A stretch of 64,000 nucleotides of DNA from Trueperaceae bacterium (lineage in GTDB: Bacteria; Deinococcota; Deinococci; Deinococcales; Trueperaceae). The position numbers and the translations under genes are program-made. Each line of letters starts with the position of its first letter. The stretch's first letter is position 1. The notes beneath the pieces are model-generated. The model was not told the DNA's origin. It was given only the letters and a program-made list of their open reading frames with translations, and did no database searches. This document shows, piece by piece, positions 10,500 through 19,450 of the stretch. The stretch is taken from positions 1,312,001 through 1,376,000 of the forward strand of contig CBDCDZ010000004.1 of the NCBI GenBank assembly GCA_965215565.1, in the 5' to 3' direction.

Positions 10500-10880
10500 C
10501 TACTGCGCGCTCACCAGGTCCGGGCGGAGCTTGACCGCTTCGCGCAGATAGATGTGCTTCATCTCCTTTTGGCTCTTGCGCGTGTTGACCTGCATCATCA
10601 CGCGCACCGCCAGAGGCAGGCGGTTTGGCACAGGAATTTCTTGGTTACAGATTAAGGGCACCATGTTCATGCCGAGCCGCCGCGCCGCCTCAGCGGGAAA
10701 GGTACTGCAGAGGTCAGGCGTCGTCGTAAAGAAGATCGAAGCGATAGGCTCGAACTCAGTGACGCCGTTTTCGCGCAGCATGGTCTCTAAAAGCTCCCCG
10801 GTCGCCTCTAAAATAAGCTCCGGCTCGTCGCGCGCCACCGTCGTCGCCCCGCGAATCCCTCTTACCCAGTAGTGCTCCAT
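10500..10880 (-). CDS. aroH: Chorismate mutase, AroH class
   Basis: VRGIRGATT, FPAEAAR, YLREAVKLRPDL. Confidence 0.95.
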   Translation of the reverse strand: MEHYWVRGIRGATTVARDEPELILEATGELLETMLRENGVTEFEPIASIFFTTTPDLCSTFPAEAARRLGMNMVPLICNQEIPVPNRLPLAVRVMMQVNTRKSQKEMKHIYLREAVKLRPDLVSAQ

Positions 10881-10890
10881 AAGGGTAGTG

Positions 10891-11145
10891 TAGCAAGTTA
10901 TTGGTAGAGAGATAAGCGGTAAGGCGAAGAGAGCAATGAGTTAAAAGCAATCCAGTTGTACCCGAAGGGCACAGGGCTGGTTATGTAATCCAGTCAAGCT
11001 GGTGGCTTTAGCTTCCGCTTACAAAGTTTTCGCAAAGGCGAAAGGAACGAACGGTCTTGCGAAGCAAACGAACGGTGAGCAACGAGTGAAAAGCTTTTGA
11101 CTTTAACTTTCAACTCATTGCTCGTTGCTCGATACTCTTGTTTAC
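10891..11145. repeat. Composite nested repeat region (heptamer-ladder hairpin enclosing a TTAC-hairpin cassette)
   Basis: gagcaatgagtt at 10931 pairs with aactcattgctc at 11112-11123; 11011-11045 resembles the reverse complement of 27071-27107. Confidence 0.65.
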
Positions 11146-11195
11146 CTTTGTGCGTACACCGCGCTCTAAAAATAGTTCACGGTCTATAATGAGCT

Positions 11196-12392
11196 ATGAC
11201 AACCACACTTCGAAATGTTGAAAACAACCTCTGGTTCGAGCTAGACGCCGACCAGAAAGCGCTGATCGGCGCGCTCAAAGATTTTTTGAATCACGAAGTC
11301 GCGCCGGGCGCGTTGGAGCGCGACAAGTCGGGGGAGTTTCCCCTCGAGATCGTTAAACAGCTCGGCGAACTCGGCGTGATGGGGATGCAAGTCCCTGAGC
11401 AGTACGGCGGCTCCGCGCTAGATACTGAGACGATGGCGCGCATCATCGAAGAGATTGCCGCTGTGGACGGCTCGCTCTGCTTGAGCGTCGCCTCGCACAA
11501 CTCGCTCTGCACCGGGCATATTCAAATTGCCGGTAGTGACGCACAAAAAAGCGACTTTCTACCCGCCTTAGCGAGCGCAGAAAAACTCGGCGCGTGGGGG
11601 CTCACCGAGCCTGGCTCCGGCTCGGACGCGGCAGGGATGAAGACCAAAGCCGAGGACATGGGCGATCACTTCGTCCTTAACGGCTCGAAGATTTTTATCA
11701 CACAGGGCACGGTGGGGGGCACTTACGTAATTCTCGCCCGCACCGACGCGGCGGCGGAAGGGCGTTCGCCCTCAAGTGGCATCAGCGCGTTCGTCTTTGA
11801 CGGCGAGTCGACGGGGTTGATTCGGGGCAAGCCGGAGGAGAAGCTGGGTCTCCACTCCTCTGACACAACACCGCTCACGTTCGAGAACCTCGAGGTTCCC
11901 GCTGAAAACCTGCTCGGCGCACGTGGTCAAGCATTTAAGGACGTAATGGAGGTCTTGAACGGCGGGCGCATCGGCATCGGCGCGATGGGCATTGGGCTCG
12001 GGCGCGGCGCGCTGGAAATCGCTTCGAAGTACGCCTTAGAGCGCGAGCAGTTCGGTAAGCCTATTGCGGACAATCAAGGTATCAGCTTTAAGATTGCGGA
12101 GATGGCAACGGAACTCGAGGCGGCGCGGCTTTTGGTGTTGAAAGCGGCGGCGATGAAAGACGCGGGCAAGGACTACGCGATGGCGGCGTCGATGGCGAAG
12201 CTCAAGGGGAGCACCGCCGGGGTCAAGGCGTGCGACTACGCGATTCAGATTTTAGGCGGCTACGGCTACATCAAGGAGTACCACGTCGAACGGATGTGGC
12301 GCGACGCGCGGCTCACACGTATCGGTGAGGGCACCGATGAGATTCAGCATTTGATTATCTCGAGGGCGTATCTGTCGCAATTCCGCACATAA
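11196..12392 (+). CDS. Acyl-CoA dehydrogenase
   Basis: [42 protein letters not shown]; leaderless TATAAT at 11185-11190. Confidence 0.95.
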   Translation: MTTTLRNVENNLWFELDADQKALIGALKDFLNHEVAPGALERDKSGEFPLEIVKQLGELGVMGMQVPEQYGGSALDTETMARIIEEIAAVDGSLCLSVASHNSLCTGHIQIAGSDAQKSDFLPALASAEKLGAWGLTEPGSGSDAAGMKTKAEDMGDHFVLNGSKIFITQGTVGGTYVILARTDAAAEGRSPSSGISAFVFDGESTGLIRGKPEEKLGLHSSDTTPLTFENLEVPAENLLGARGQAFKDVMEVLNGGRIGIGAMGIGLGRGALEIASKYALEREQFGKPIADNQGISFKIAEMATELEAARLLVLKAAAMKDAGKDYAMAASMAKLKGSTAGVKACDYAIQILGGYGYIKEYHVERMWRDARLTRIGEGTDEIQHLIISRAYLSQFRT

Positions 12393-12424
12393 GAGAGTAC
12401 GGAGAGCAGTTCCGCAGAGTAGCG

Positions 12425-12456
12425 AGCAATGAGTCTAAAGGTTTTCACTCATTGCT
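12425..12456. repeat. GAGCAATGAG hairpin between convergent genes (possible bidirectional terminator)
   Basis: AGCAATGAGT...ACTCATTGCT perfect 10-bp stem. Confidence 0.65.
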
Positions 12457-12466
12457 TTTAACTTCC

Positions 12467-15205
12467 TTACAACACCGCAATCCCCTCAATGTACCCAATC
12501 CGAATCTCAGAACTCCCCTTCTTACCCGGTGTACTCGCCCGCACGTAGGGCGTCGAGCCCGAATACGTCACCGACTCGGGGATGACCTTTTCCGTGACGC
12601 GCTTACCCTTGACTTTTTTGTCGTAGCCGTAGCGGTTGTAGTTCGTCTTTTCGTGGTGGTAGCGCAGCTCGAGCTGCCGCCCCTGCGCAATGGCCGCCTC
12701 GATGAGTTCGCGCATCTTGCGGGTGTTGAGCCCGGTCTGCATGGCGCTGCTGTCGATGACCTGCGGTTTCACGTCCGCTTTGAAGCGTTCGGCGGGCTCT
12801 ATGCCAAGCTCGGAGAGGTGTTGCTCGAGCCGCTCCTCATGCCCCTCTTGAACCAAGAAGCTCGTTGCGTTGATAGAGGTGCTCAAGTGCGGCGCAATTT
12901 TGGGGTGCTTAGCGAGCGCCGCCGCGCTCGGGTGCTGAAAGACGCGAATCGTCGCGACGGTAGGGGCGGCGCTCTGGCCACTCCACACGTTGATGAGCGC
13001 TTCTAGCTGCGGCGGCAGACCGCCTTGCGCCCGTTCGGTAAGCGCGTCGCGGGCGGCTTGGGTGAGCGCGCCAGCGCGAACCTTGTCCACGTCGAGGTGG
13101 TACCCTTTTTCGTCTTGGGTAGCGAGTTGCGCTAAGACAGCGCGCCCTGCCAAGTCGGTGGCACCCTCCAACTTGAAGTGTCCCGAAGGCAGAAAACGCA
13201 GGGTGCGGCTCGGTGCATGGCCGTAGTGGTGGCGCACCTTGACTTTAGGCGGTTGTGCGCCTTTTTCCAGTAAGACGAAGCGTTCAGCCACGGGTCTCGC
13301 CCCTCGTCCCTGCAACTTTTTCAACGCGGTGTCTCGCTCTTTTTGGCTCGCGTATTCGAGTAGCCGCACGTCCTCTCTCACCTGCAAACGCTCGCGGCGC
13401 GACGCCCAGTCGCGCAAACTCTGTGTGACGTTGTCGGGGACGCCCATGCTGTGCTCGTTCAAGAGGTCGAGTAAGCCTCTTAGGTCTAGTCCGGTCTCGA
13501 GGGCGCGGTAGAGGCTCCCTCGGCTCAGCGTGTAGCTCGCCGTTTGCGCGTCCACGCGGGTCATTGCGGCGCAACTGAGCGCGGTCATCGCGGCGGGCGT
13601 GAGCTTGTCCAGATAGACTAAAATGTCGAAGTTCGGCTGAATCAGCAAACTGGGCTCGCTGGGTTTGCCCGTCTCGGGCTCGAGCCCTCCACGAAGCTGC
13701 GCTTCGGGCAGCGTCGTGACCTCTTGCAAGGCTCGCCCACGCTGGAACCATTCGAGACCTGACGCGGGCGCGACTGCGTGCCTGTACCCGGTGTCCTCTT
13801 TGTAGAGCGACGACGCCGGTACGATCTCGCCATTAACCATCACCTTGACGCCGTCTCGAGCTTTCTTCTCGGGTTGACTCACCCCTTTCAACTCCACTAT
13901 TCCTACCAAGCCTAGTTCGTGAAACGCGCTTTGCAGCACGCTGGCGAACCAAGCGGGGCGCTCAGGCTCGGCGTCGTCACCCCAACGCGGAGCCCTAGCT
14001 ACATACCTGAGCGTCCGCGTCCACAGTTCTTCCAGCGCCGCGTCCATCTTCATAGGTCGCTCCGGCAACACTTCCAGACTCTCTAAAAGCGCCCGCTTCG
14101 CCACCTCTTTGGAGACCAGGTCGGACGCGCCCGAGCCCCAAGCGCTGTCCGCTTCGGGGAGTTGCAAGTAGGCGTCCACCACGAAGCTGTAGGTGAGCGC
14201 TAAGGGCGCGCTTCTAAGCGCGTGGAGGCGCATGGGGTTGACGCGCCAGGGGTCTTTGCTGGACTCGCTCGTAGGCGGATCGAAGAGCCCCAGCGTTACG
14301 CCTAAATGCAGCAGCGTTTCGACGCGCCCTTCTAAGTTTGGACTGCGTTTCGCTAAACGCTTGAGCAGCGTTTTACTGACCGTGCCGCGCTGGGTGATCG
14401 GCACGCCGCCCTCTTCGGTGGTAAGAGACAAGAGGTCGAACAGCTCGAGCAACGTCCGCGCTGGATGCACCGCCGTGGGCGTGACGCCCTCGAGGGGTTT
14501 TAGGGCGAGCGGTTGCGGCTCCGGGGGCGGCTCATCCGTCAGGTGCTCCAAGATGCGCGGGTCTGCAAGCAAAACGTCGTCTTCGGGGCTGCTCTCGCTC
14601 CCGTAGAACTGATAGCGCAAAAACCACGAGGCGAGGTTGCTCGTGGGGATGAGCAGCCCGTCGCGAATCAGCACGCCTAGATACTCGAGCCCCAAAGCAC
14701 TGTTAAGTTGTTGCTTGTAGACGCTGCCGCTACCCACTCGCTTATTTGGCGTTAGGCCGCGCAAGGCAGCGTAGATGATGAGTGACCAACCGTCCGCCGC
14801 GCCGCCGCGCCGCTTGACTTCGCCTAAAAGGGTACGCTCAAGCGGGCTGAGCGCGGCTACCATCTGTTTCAGCGCTGCGGGCTTACTAAGCGCCTGTTTG
14901 ACAGCTTTCTTACTCTCCGCCATGCGACTCGCGTTCGCCCCTTCGTTGAAGCGTTTAGCGACCTGCTTGAGTTGGTCGGCGTTCATATATTGCAACATGG
15001 GCTCTAACCCCACGCCTTCGCTCACAGGTATCGACGCTGCGCCGGGTGACGAAGTGAGCGTCACCTTATCGAGCCCCGAGGTGCCGACGCTTACACCCAA
15101 CATGCGAAGTTTCTCGAGCAGTTCTGATGAAATCCCTTCGTCCGTCTCCAACTCACGCTCGCCGCTCAACTCACTGAGCAGTTCTAACAAGCTACCTCTC
15201 GCCAC
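12467..15205 (-). CDS. XPB helicase-associated domain protein with C-terminal WYL-like domain
   Basis: LLIQPNFDIL...YTLSRGSLYRALETG...VPDNVTQSLRDW (XPB N-terminal-like domain); C-terminal LIEAAIAQGRQLELRY...RIGYIEGIAVL. Confidence 0.75.
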   Translation of the reverse strand: MARGSLLELLSELSGERELETDEGISSELLEKLRMLGVSVGTSGLDKVTLTSSPGAASIPVSEGVGLEPMLQYMNADQLKQVAKRFNEGANASRMAESKKAVKQALSKPAALKQMVAALSPLERTLLGEVKRRGGAADGWSLIIYAALRGLTPNKRVGSGSVYKQQLNSALGLEYLGVLIRDGLLIPTSNLASWFLRYQFYGSESSPEDDVLLADPRILEHLTDEPPPEPQPLALKPLEGVTPTAVHPARTLLELFDLLSLTTEEGGVPITQRGTVSKTLLKRLAKRSPNLEGRVETLLHLGVTLGLFDPPTSESSKDPWRVNPMRLHALRSAPLALTYSFVVDAYLQLPEADSAWGSGASDLVSKEVAKRALLESLEVLPERPMKMDAALEELWTRTLRYVARAPRWGDDAEPERPAWFASVLQSAFHELGLVGIVELKGVSQPEKKARDGVKVMVNGEIVPASSLYKEDTGYRHAVAPASGLEWFQRGRALQEVTTLPEAQLRGGLEPETGKPSEPSLLIQPNFDILVYLDKLTPAAMTALSCAAMTRVDAQTASYTLSRGSLYRALETGLDLRGLLDLLNEHSMGVPDNVTQSLRDWASRRERLQVREDVRLLEYASQKERDTALKKLQGRGARPVAERFVLLEKGAQPPKVKVRHHYGHAPSRTLRFLPSGHFKLEGATDLAGRAVLAQLATQDEKGYHLDVDKVRAGALTQAARDALTERAQGGLPPQLEALINVWSGQSAAPTVATIRVFQHPSAAALAKHPKIAPHLSTSINATSFLVQEGHEERLEQHLSELGIEPAERFKADVKPQVIDSSAMQTGLNTRKMRELIEAAIAQGRQLELRYHHEKTNYNRYGYDKKVKGKRVTEKVIPESVTYSGSTPYVRASTPGKKGSSEIRIGYIEGIAVL

Positions 15206-15207
15206 GC

Positions 15208-15471
15208 TCAGCCCTCGACTTTAGGCGTATGCCCCGCCTTGAGCAGCGCCTTGAGAAAACTCTGGTGATGCTGGGGTAGCACAACCGCTTCGGTAGGCGA
15301 GAGCCGCGCTAAGATAAAATCTTTCAGGCGGGCGTCGGCTTGTAGAGCGCTCAACTCCGCCTCGTCTGAGACCTCGACGAGCGTCAAACCCTCGTGCAGC
15401 GCAACTTCTTTGGGAGCGGGGAGGGGCTCGAGCGAATCAAACTTGAGATTTCGTCTAGGTTTAGCGGACAT
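15208..15471 (-). CDS. Small hypothetical protein in the XPB operon (87 aa)
   Basis: AAGGAG RBS before MSAKPRRNL; LTLVEVSDEAELSAL...LARLSPTEAVV resembles subdomains of helicase-associated proteins. Confidence 0.7.
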   Translation of the reverse strand: MSAKPRRNLKFDSLEPLPAPKEVALHEGLTLVEVSDEAELSALQADARLKDFILARLSPTEAVVLPQHHQSFLKALLKAGHTPKVEG

Positions 15472-15487
15472 GAAAACTCCTTTAAGT

Positions 15488-15587
15488 AAAAAGCAACGAG
15501 CAATGAGTTGAAAGTGTAAAAGCGTTTTGGTTTTCACTCATTGCTCGGTACTCATTGCTCCCTATCTTTCACTACTTGGTACTCATC
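15488..15587. repeat. GAGCAATGAG heptamer-ladder hairpin inside the XPB operon
   Basis: gagcaatgagt at 15498-15508 with actcattgctc at 15536-15546 and 15550-15560. Confidence 0.7.
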
Positions 15588-15589
15588 CT

Positions 15590-17308
15590 TTAGTTCAGCG
15601 TGCTCGCATCCCTTACTTCCGGCTCCAACCACTCCGCCTCGTCCATAATCCTATACCCGTAGCCCTGCTCGGTCAAAAAGAGCTGCCTATGGTGCGCGAA
15701 GTCCTCCTCTTTGGTCTCGCGGGTGACGAGGCTGTAGAAGTAAGCGCTGACACCCGCACGTTTCGGGCGCAGCACGCGCCCCAAGCGTTGCGCCTCCTCC
15801 TGGCGTGAGCCGAACGCGCCCGAGACCTGAATCATCACCTGCGCGTCGGGCAAGTCGAGCGCGAAATTGCCGACTCTGGATAAGACGAGCGTCTTCACGC
15901 CGCCCTCCCTAAAGGCGGCGAAGAGCCGCTCGCGTTCGCTCTGCGGGGTTTCGCCCGTGATGAGCGGCGCGTCTAGGTCATTCGCGATGAGTTCTAACTG
16001 GTGCAGATACTGTCCGATTACCAGGCTCGGCTCACCTCGGTGATGGTCTAAAATCGTTTCGACCAGCTCGCGTTTACGCGGGTTCTCGGCGGCGATGCGG
16101 AACTTCAGCGCGGGCTCTGAGACCGCGTAGCTGAGCCGCTCTTCTTCGGACAGTCTGAGTCGCACCTCGCAGCACTGTGCGTTGGCGATCCAGCCGCTTT
16201 GCTCGAGGTCTTTCCACGGCACGTCAAAGCGTTTCGGACCGATGAGCGAGAACACGTCCCCCTCGCGCCCGTCCTCGCGAATCAGCGTCGCGGTGAGCCC
16301 CAAACGCCGCCGCGCTTGCACCTCGGCGGTGAGGCGGAACACGGGCGCGGGCAAGAGGTGGACCTCGTCGTACACGATGAGCCCCCAGTCCTGCTCGCGA
16401 AAGAGCTGCATGTGCGGGTAGACCGCTTCGGTCTCCTCTTCGCCCTTTTTGCGCCTTTTGCGCGTAGTGAGCATCTGATAGGTGCAGAGCGTGACCGGAC
16501 CCAGCTTCTTCGCGTTGGGGCGGTACTCCGCGACGTCCTCATGCGTGAGTGTGGTTTTGTCTAGCAGCTCGCGCCCCCACTGGCTGACGCTGGTGCGGTT
16601 CGTCGTCAGGATGAGCGTGCGCTGACCGACCCTGGTCATAGCGACGAGACCCACGACGGTCTTGCCCGCGCCGGGTGGCAAGACGATGACGCCGGAGCCG
16701 CCCTGCCGGGAGCCCCCGAGATAGAAGGCTTCCGCCGCGTCCTCTTGATAAGAACGCACCTGCAAGGTGTCGGCTAAAGCGACGGAAAGCTCTAACCCGT
16801 CACGGTAGCCCGCCAAGTCCTCGACGGGCCAGCCGACCTCTAAGAGCGCCTGCTTAATTAAACCCCGGTGCGCCAGCGGCACGGCGAAGGTCTGCTTGCC
16901 AAGGCGTTCGCCTAAAAGCGGGGTGACCTTGCGCTGTTTGGAGATCTCCAAGAGCAGCGCTTCGTCGCCGGGTTGGACCTCTAACCCGAGCCCCGCCCCC
17001 ACTTCCATGAGCCGCAGCCGTCCCCAGCGCCCAACGAGTTCCCGAACGTCCGTGATCACGTTTTCAGGGACGGGAAACTTGCTAAACGAGGTAAGCGCCG
17101 CCACCATCGTCTCGCTTTTTTGCCCACTGCTCGCGGCGTTCCATAAGGAGAGCGGCGTGAGCCTGTAGGTGTGCAGGTGTTCGGGGCTTTTCTCCAACTC
17201 GGCGAAGGGCGAAATCGCCGCCCTCGCCTCCTCTGCACGCGCATTGAAGGTCTCGAGGTAGATAGAGCGGTCCGCTTGCACGATGAGGGGGTTGGCAGCG
17301 TCGAACAT
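15590..17308 (-). CDS. Bacterial XPB/Rad25-type DNA helicase
   Basis: NPLIVQADRS, ELEKSPEHLHTYRLTPLSLWNA, PPGAGKT, DEVH, GLTAT, QRLGRVLR. Confidence 0.92.
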   Translation of the reverse strand: MFDAANPLIVQADRSIYLETFNARAEEARAAISPFAELEKSPEHLHTYRLTPLSLWNAASSGQKSETMVAALTSFSKFPVPENVITDVRELVGRWGRLRLMEVGAGLGLEVQPGDEALLLEISKQRKVTPLLGERLGKQTFAVPLAHRGLIKQALLEVGWPVEDLAGYRDGLELSVALADTLQVRSYQEDAAEAFYLGGSRQGGSGVIVLPPGAGKTVVGLVAMTRVGQRTLILTTNRTSVSQWGRELLDKTTLTHEDVAEYRPNAKKLGPVTLCTYQMLTTRKRRKKGEEETEAVYPHMQLFREQDWGLIVYDEVHLLPAPVFRLTAEVQARRRLGLTATLIREDGREGDVFSLIGPKRFDVPWKDLEQSGWIANAQCCEVRLRLSEEERLSYAVSEPALKFRIAAENPRKRELVETILDHHRGEPSLVIGQYLHQLELIANDLDAPLITGETPQSERERLFAAFREGGVKTLVLSRVGNFALDLPDAQVMIQVSGAFGSRQEEAQRLGRVLRPKRAGVSAYFYSLVTRETKEEDFAHHRQLFLTEQGYGYRIMDEAEWLEPEVRDASTLN

Positions 17309-17373
17309 CTCTTTAGCTTATTCGCTTAGGAAATGAGGTGCAACCTCGAGCGAACTGCGCTAGGATAGAGGGT

Positions 17374-17571
17374 GTGAAACGTGCTCTACTCAGTCGCATC
17401 ACGACTGACCCTGAAATCTGTCACGGCAAAGGGTGTATCCGAGAACTTAGATATTCGGTGGAGATGATTCTCGAGCTTCTCACGAGCGGTGTGACGTGGG
17501 ATGAGTTAGAGGATTACGAAGGCTTGGAGCGTGCGGATTTGCAAGCGGTTTCAGCTTCAGCGACCTCTTGA
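17374..17571 (+). pseudogene. DUF433 antitoxin-like gene, probably degenerate
   Basis: RITTDPEICHGKGCIRELRYSVEMILELLTSG; shortened C-terminus and no PIN/DUF5615 partner. Confidence 0.7.
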
Positions 17572-17579
17572 TACATTGA

Positions 17580-17732
17580 CTCGCTAAACTTTGGGGAGCG
17601 GCGCGTAAGCTTGTGCGTGAGCGCGAACTCCGTAGGGGCTACCGAGCCCTCGCGAAAGAGATGGCGCAGCAACCCGACCCCTTCATTGACTCTGGTTTGG
17701 AAGAGACGCTAAGGCTGATAGACGAGGGGTAA
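17580..17732 (+). pseudogene. C-terminal remnant of an antitoxin-like gene
   Basis: ...ARKLVRERELRRGYRALAKEMAQQPDPFIDSGLEETLRLIDEG*; in-frame stop at 17577 immediately upstream, no N-terminal domain. Confidence 0.4.
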
Positions 17733-17754
17733 AGGGCGGTCTCGAGACCGCCCT
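17733..17754. terminator. Perfect 22-bp palindrome at convergent gene ends
   Basis: AGGGCGGTCTCGAGACCGCCCT. Confidence 0.65.
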
Positions 17755-18730
17755 AACTCAGTTTGTGCAAGGTTCTCGCCAAGCCTTCTTGCCACGACAC
17801 CTTCGGCACATACCCAAGCTCTTTTTTCGCATTCTCAATAGAAAAGTGAACATCTTGCCGCATGAGCCGCGCCCTATAGCGGGTGAGCGGCGGCTCCCTT
17901 TGCGGCGCAACCTTCGCGTAAAGCGTTTCCACCACGCTGGAAAGAGGTTCGACGATACTCCCCGGCAGATTGAGGCGCGGTTTGGGTGCGTCCAAGAGGT
18001 TGGAGAGTTCGGTGAACAGCGCGCGCCAAGTCGGGGCTCCTTCGTCCGCGATAAGGTAGGTTCGCCCTGCGGCTGCGGGCGCGGACCCCGCTAAAACGAG
18101 TCCTTGCACCAGGTTCTCGGCGTACGCCGTGTTGAACACGGACGTGCCCCCGTCCACAAGAGGTAGCGTGCCGCGTCTAACCTCTCGCACAACCCTCAGA
18201 AAATTCGGGTCCCTCGTTCCGAAGGGCCACAGTCCGGGGCGGATGACAACGACTTCCAAATCTGATTTTATTGCCACATCTTCAGCTAGAACTTTTGAGT
18301 GGGCGTAGGCGTTGATGCTGCCGTCCCTAGGCAACGTGCGCGTATCTGCCTCCCTAAAACCCGTGTAGGGATGGACGGCGATGCTCGAGACCAACACCAA
18401 CCTCTTGACCTTTGACCTTTCAGCCTCTTTGAGTAGGTATTCTGTCCCCGAAACGTTCGTCTGGTAGAACCCCTCCCATGCACCCCAGTCCGCAACTTTG
18501 GCGGCGGCGTGAAAGACGACGTCAACCTCTTTGCAAACACCGCTTAGGCTCTCGGGTTGGGTGAGGTTGGCGCTTGTCAGCTCGAGCTTGGGATGCTCCA
18601 AAACTGCACCTAAGTTGTCTAGCCTCCCCCACGGACTCACCAGCGCGCGCACCGCCCAGCCTTCAGCCAGTAACCTCTCCGTAAGGTGACTGCCGATAAA
18701 GCCGTGCGCCCCGGTGACGAGCGCCTTCAC
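17753..18730 (-). CDS. NAD-dependent epimerase/3-beta-HSD-like extended SDR; candidate ceramide/3-keto-sphingoid reductase
   Basis: TGAHGFIG Rossmann motif and YAHSK (YxxxK). The specific role is inferred from context only. Confidence 0.8.
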   Translation of the reverse strand: MKALVTGAHGFIGSHLTERLLAEGWAVRALVSPWGRLDNLGAVLEHPKLELTSANLTQPESLSGVCKEVDVVFHAAAKVADWGAWEGFYQTNVSGTEYLLKEAERSKVKRLVLVSSIAVHPYTGFREADTRTLPRDGSINAYAHSKVLAEDVAIKSDLEVVVIRPGLWPFGTRDPNFLRVVREVRRGTLPLVDGGTSVFNTAYAENLVQGLVLAGSAPAAAGRTYLIADEGAPTWRALFTELSNLLDAPKPRLNLPGSIVEPLSSVVETLYAKVAPQREPPLTRYRARLMRQDVHFSIENAKKELGYVPKVSWQEGLARTLHKLS

Positions 18731-19443
18731 GGAAAGAGCGCGCCTTGACGCGCGAGGATGAACACGTCGGTGCTGAGCCCGATGACGAGGTGGAGGATGA
18801 CGGGATAGAGGAGCGACCTACCTCTCAGCGCTAAGACGGCGAAGAGGAGTCCGGCGGGCAGCGCGGCGAAGGTCTCGGCGGGCGGCTTGCCTAAGTGAAC
18901 CAGCGTCGAGGCGAGGGCTTGCGTCCAGATGGCGGCGGAGAGACCCCACACAGGCTCGATGACACGGAGCATGAAGCCTCGGTAGAAGAACTCGAACGAC
19001 ACGTAGTAGAGCCCGTAGAGGAACACCCAGGACAAGAGGTTGAAGGGCGACGCGCCGACCCACGCCCCCGCCCAGGGATAAGTGAGTTGCAGTGATGGGT
19101 CCGTGCTGCCGAGCGCCATTATGACAACCGCGACGAGCGAGGCGACGAGCGTGACGCTCACGCCGAAGCGCCAGTTGCCGAGCCCGAGCCCAACCTTGCG
19201 TAGTGAATCGCCCAAGCCCAGCATGAGCCCGGCGGGTAGCAAGAGCAGAAAGACGAGCGCCGTGCCTATGTTGAAGAGCGCGGTGGGCAAGGTGCGCGGT
19301 GTGTCTCGGAGGAGCTGCGGACCGGGACTGCCGAGATACCAGTAGGCGATCTGCAAAAGCGCCGCCATCAGGAGGTAGAGCGCGAGTTTGCTCCTGAACA
19401 GCGCGGCTAAGTCCGCGAAGAGGAGGCGCAACGAGGTCATCAT
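18727..19443 (-). CDS. CPBP (CAAX/Abi) family intramembrane protease-like protein
   Basis: Multiple TM helices; FEFFYRG, LVHLGKP, ILH motifs; ATGA-coupled to the SDR. Confidence 0.8.
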   Translation of the reverse strand: MMTSLRLLFADLAALFRSKLALYLLMAALLQIAYWYLGSPGPQLLRDTPRTLPTALFNIGTALVFLLLLPAGLMLGLGDSLRKVGLGLGNWRFGVSVTLVASLVAVVIMALGSTDPSLQLTYPWAGAWVGASPFNLLSWVFLYGLYYVSFEFFYRGFMLRVIEPVWGLSAAIWTQALASTLVHLGKPPAETFAALPAGLLFAVLALRGRSLLYPVILHLVIGLSTDVFILARQGALFP

Positions 19444-19450
19444 AAAACGT

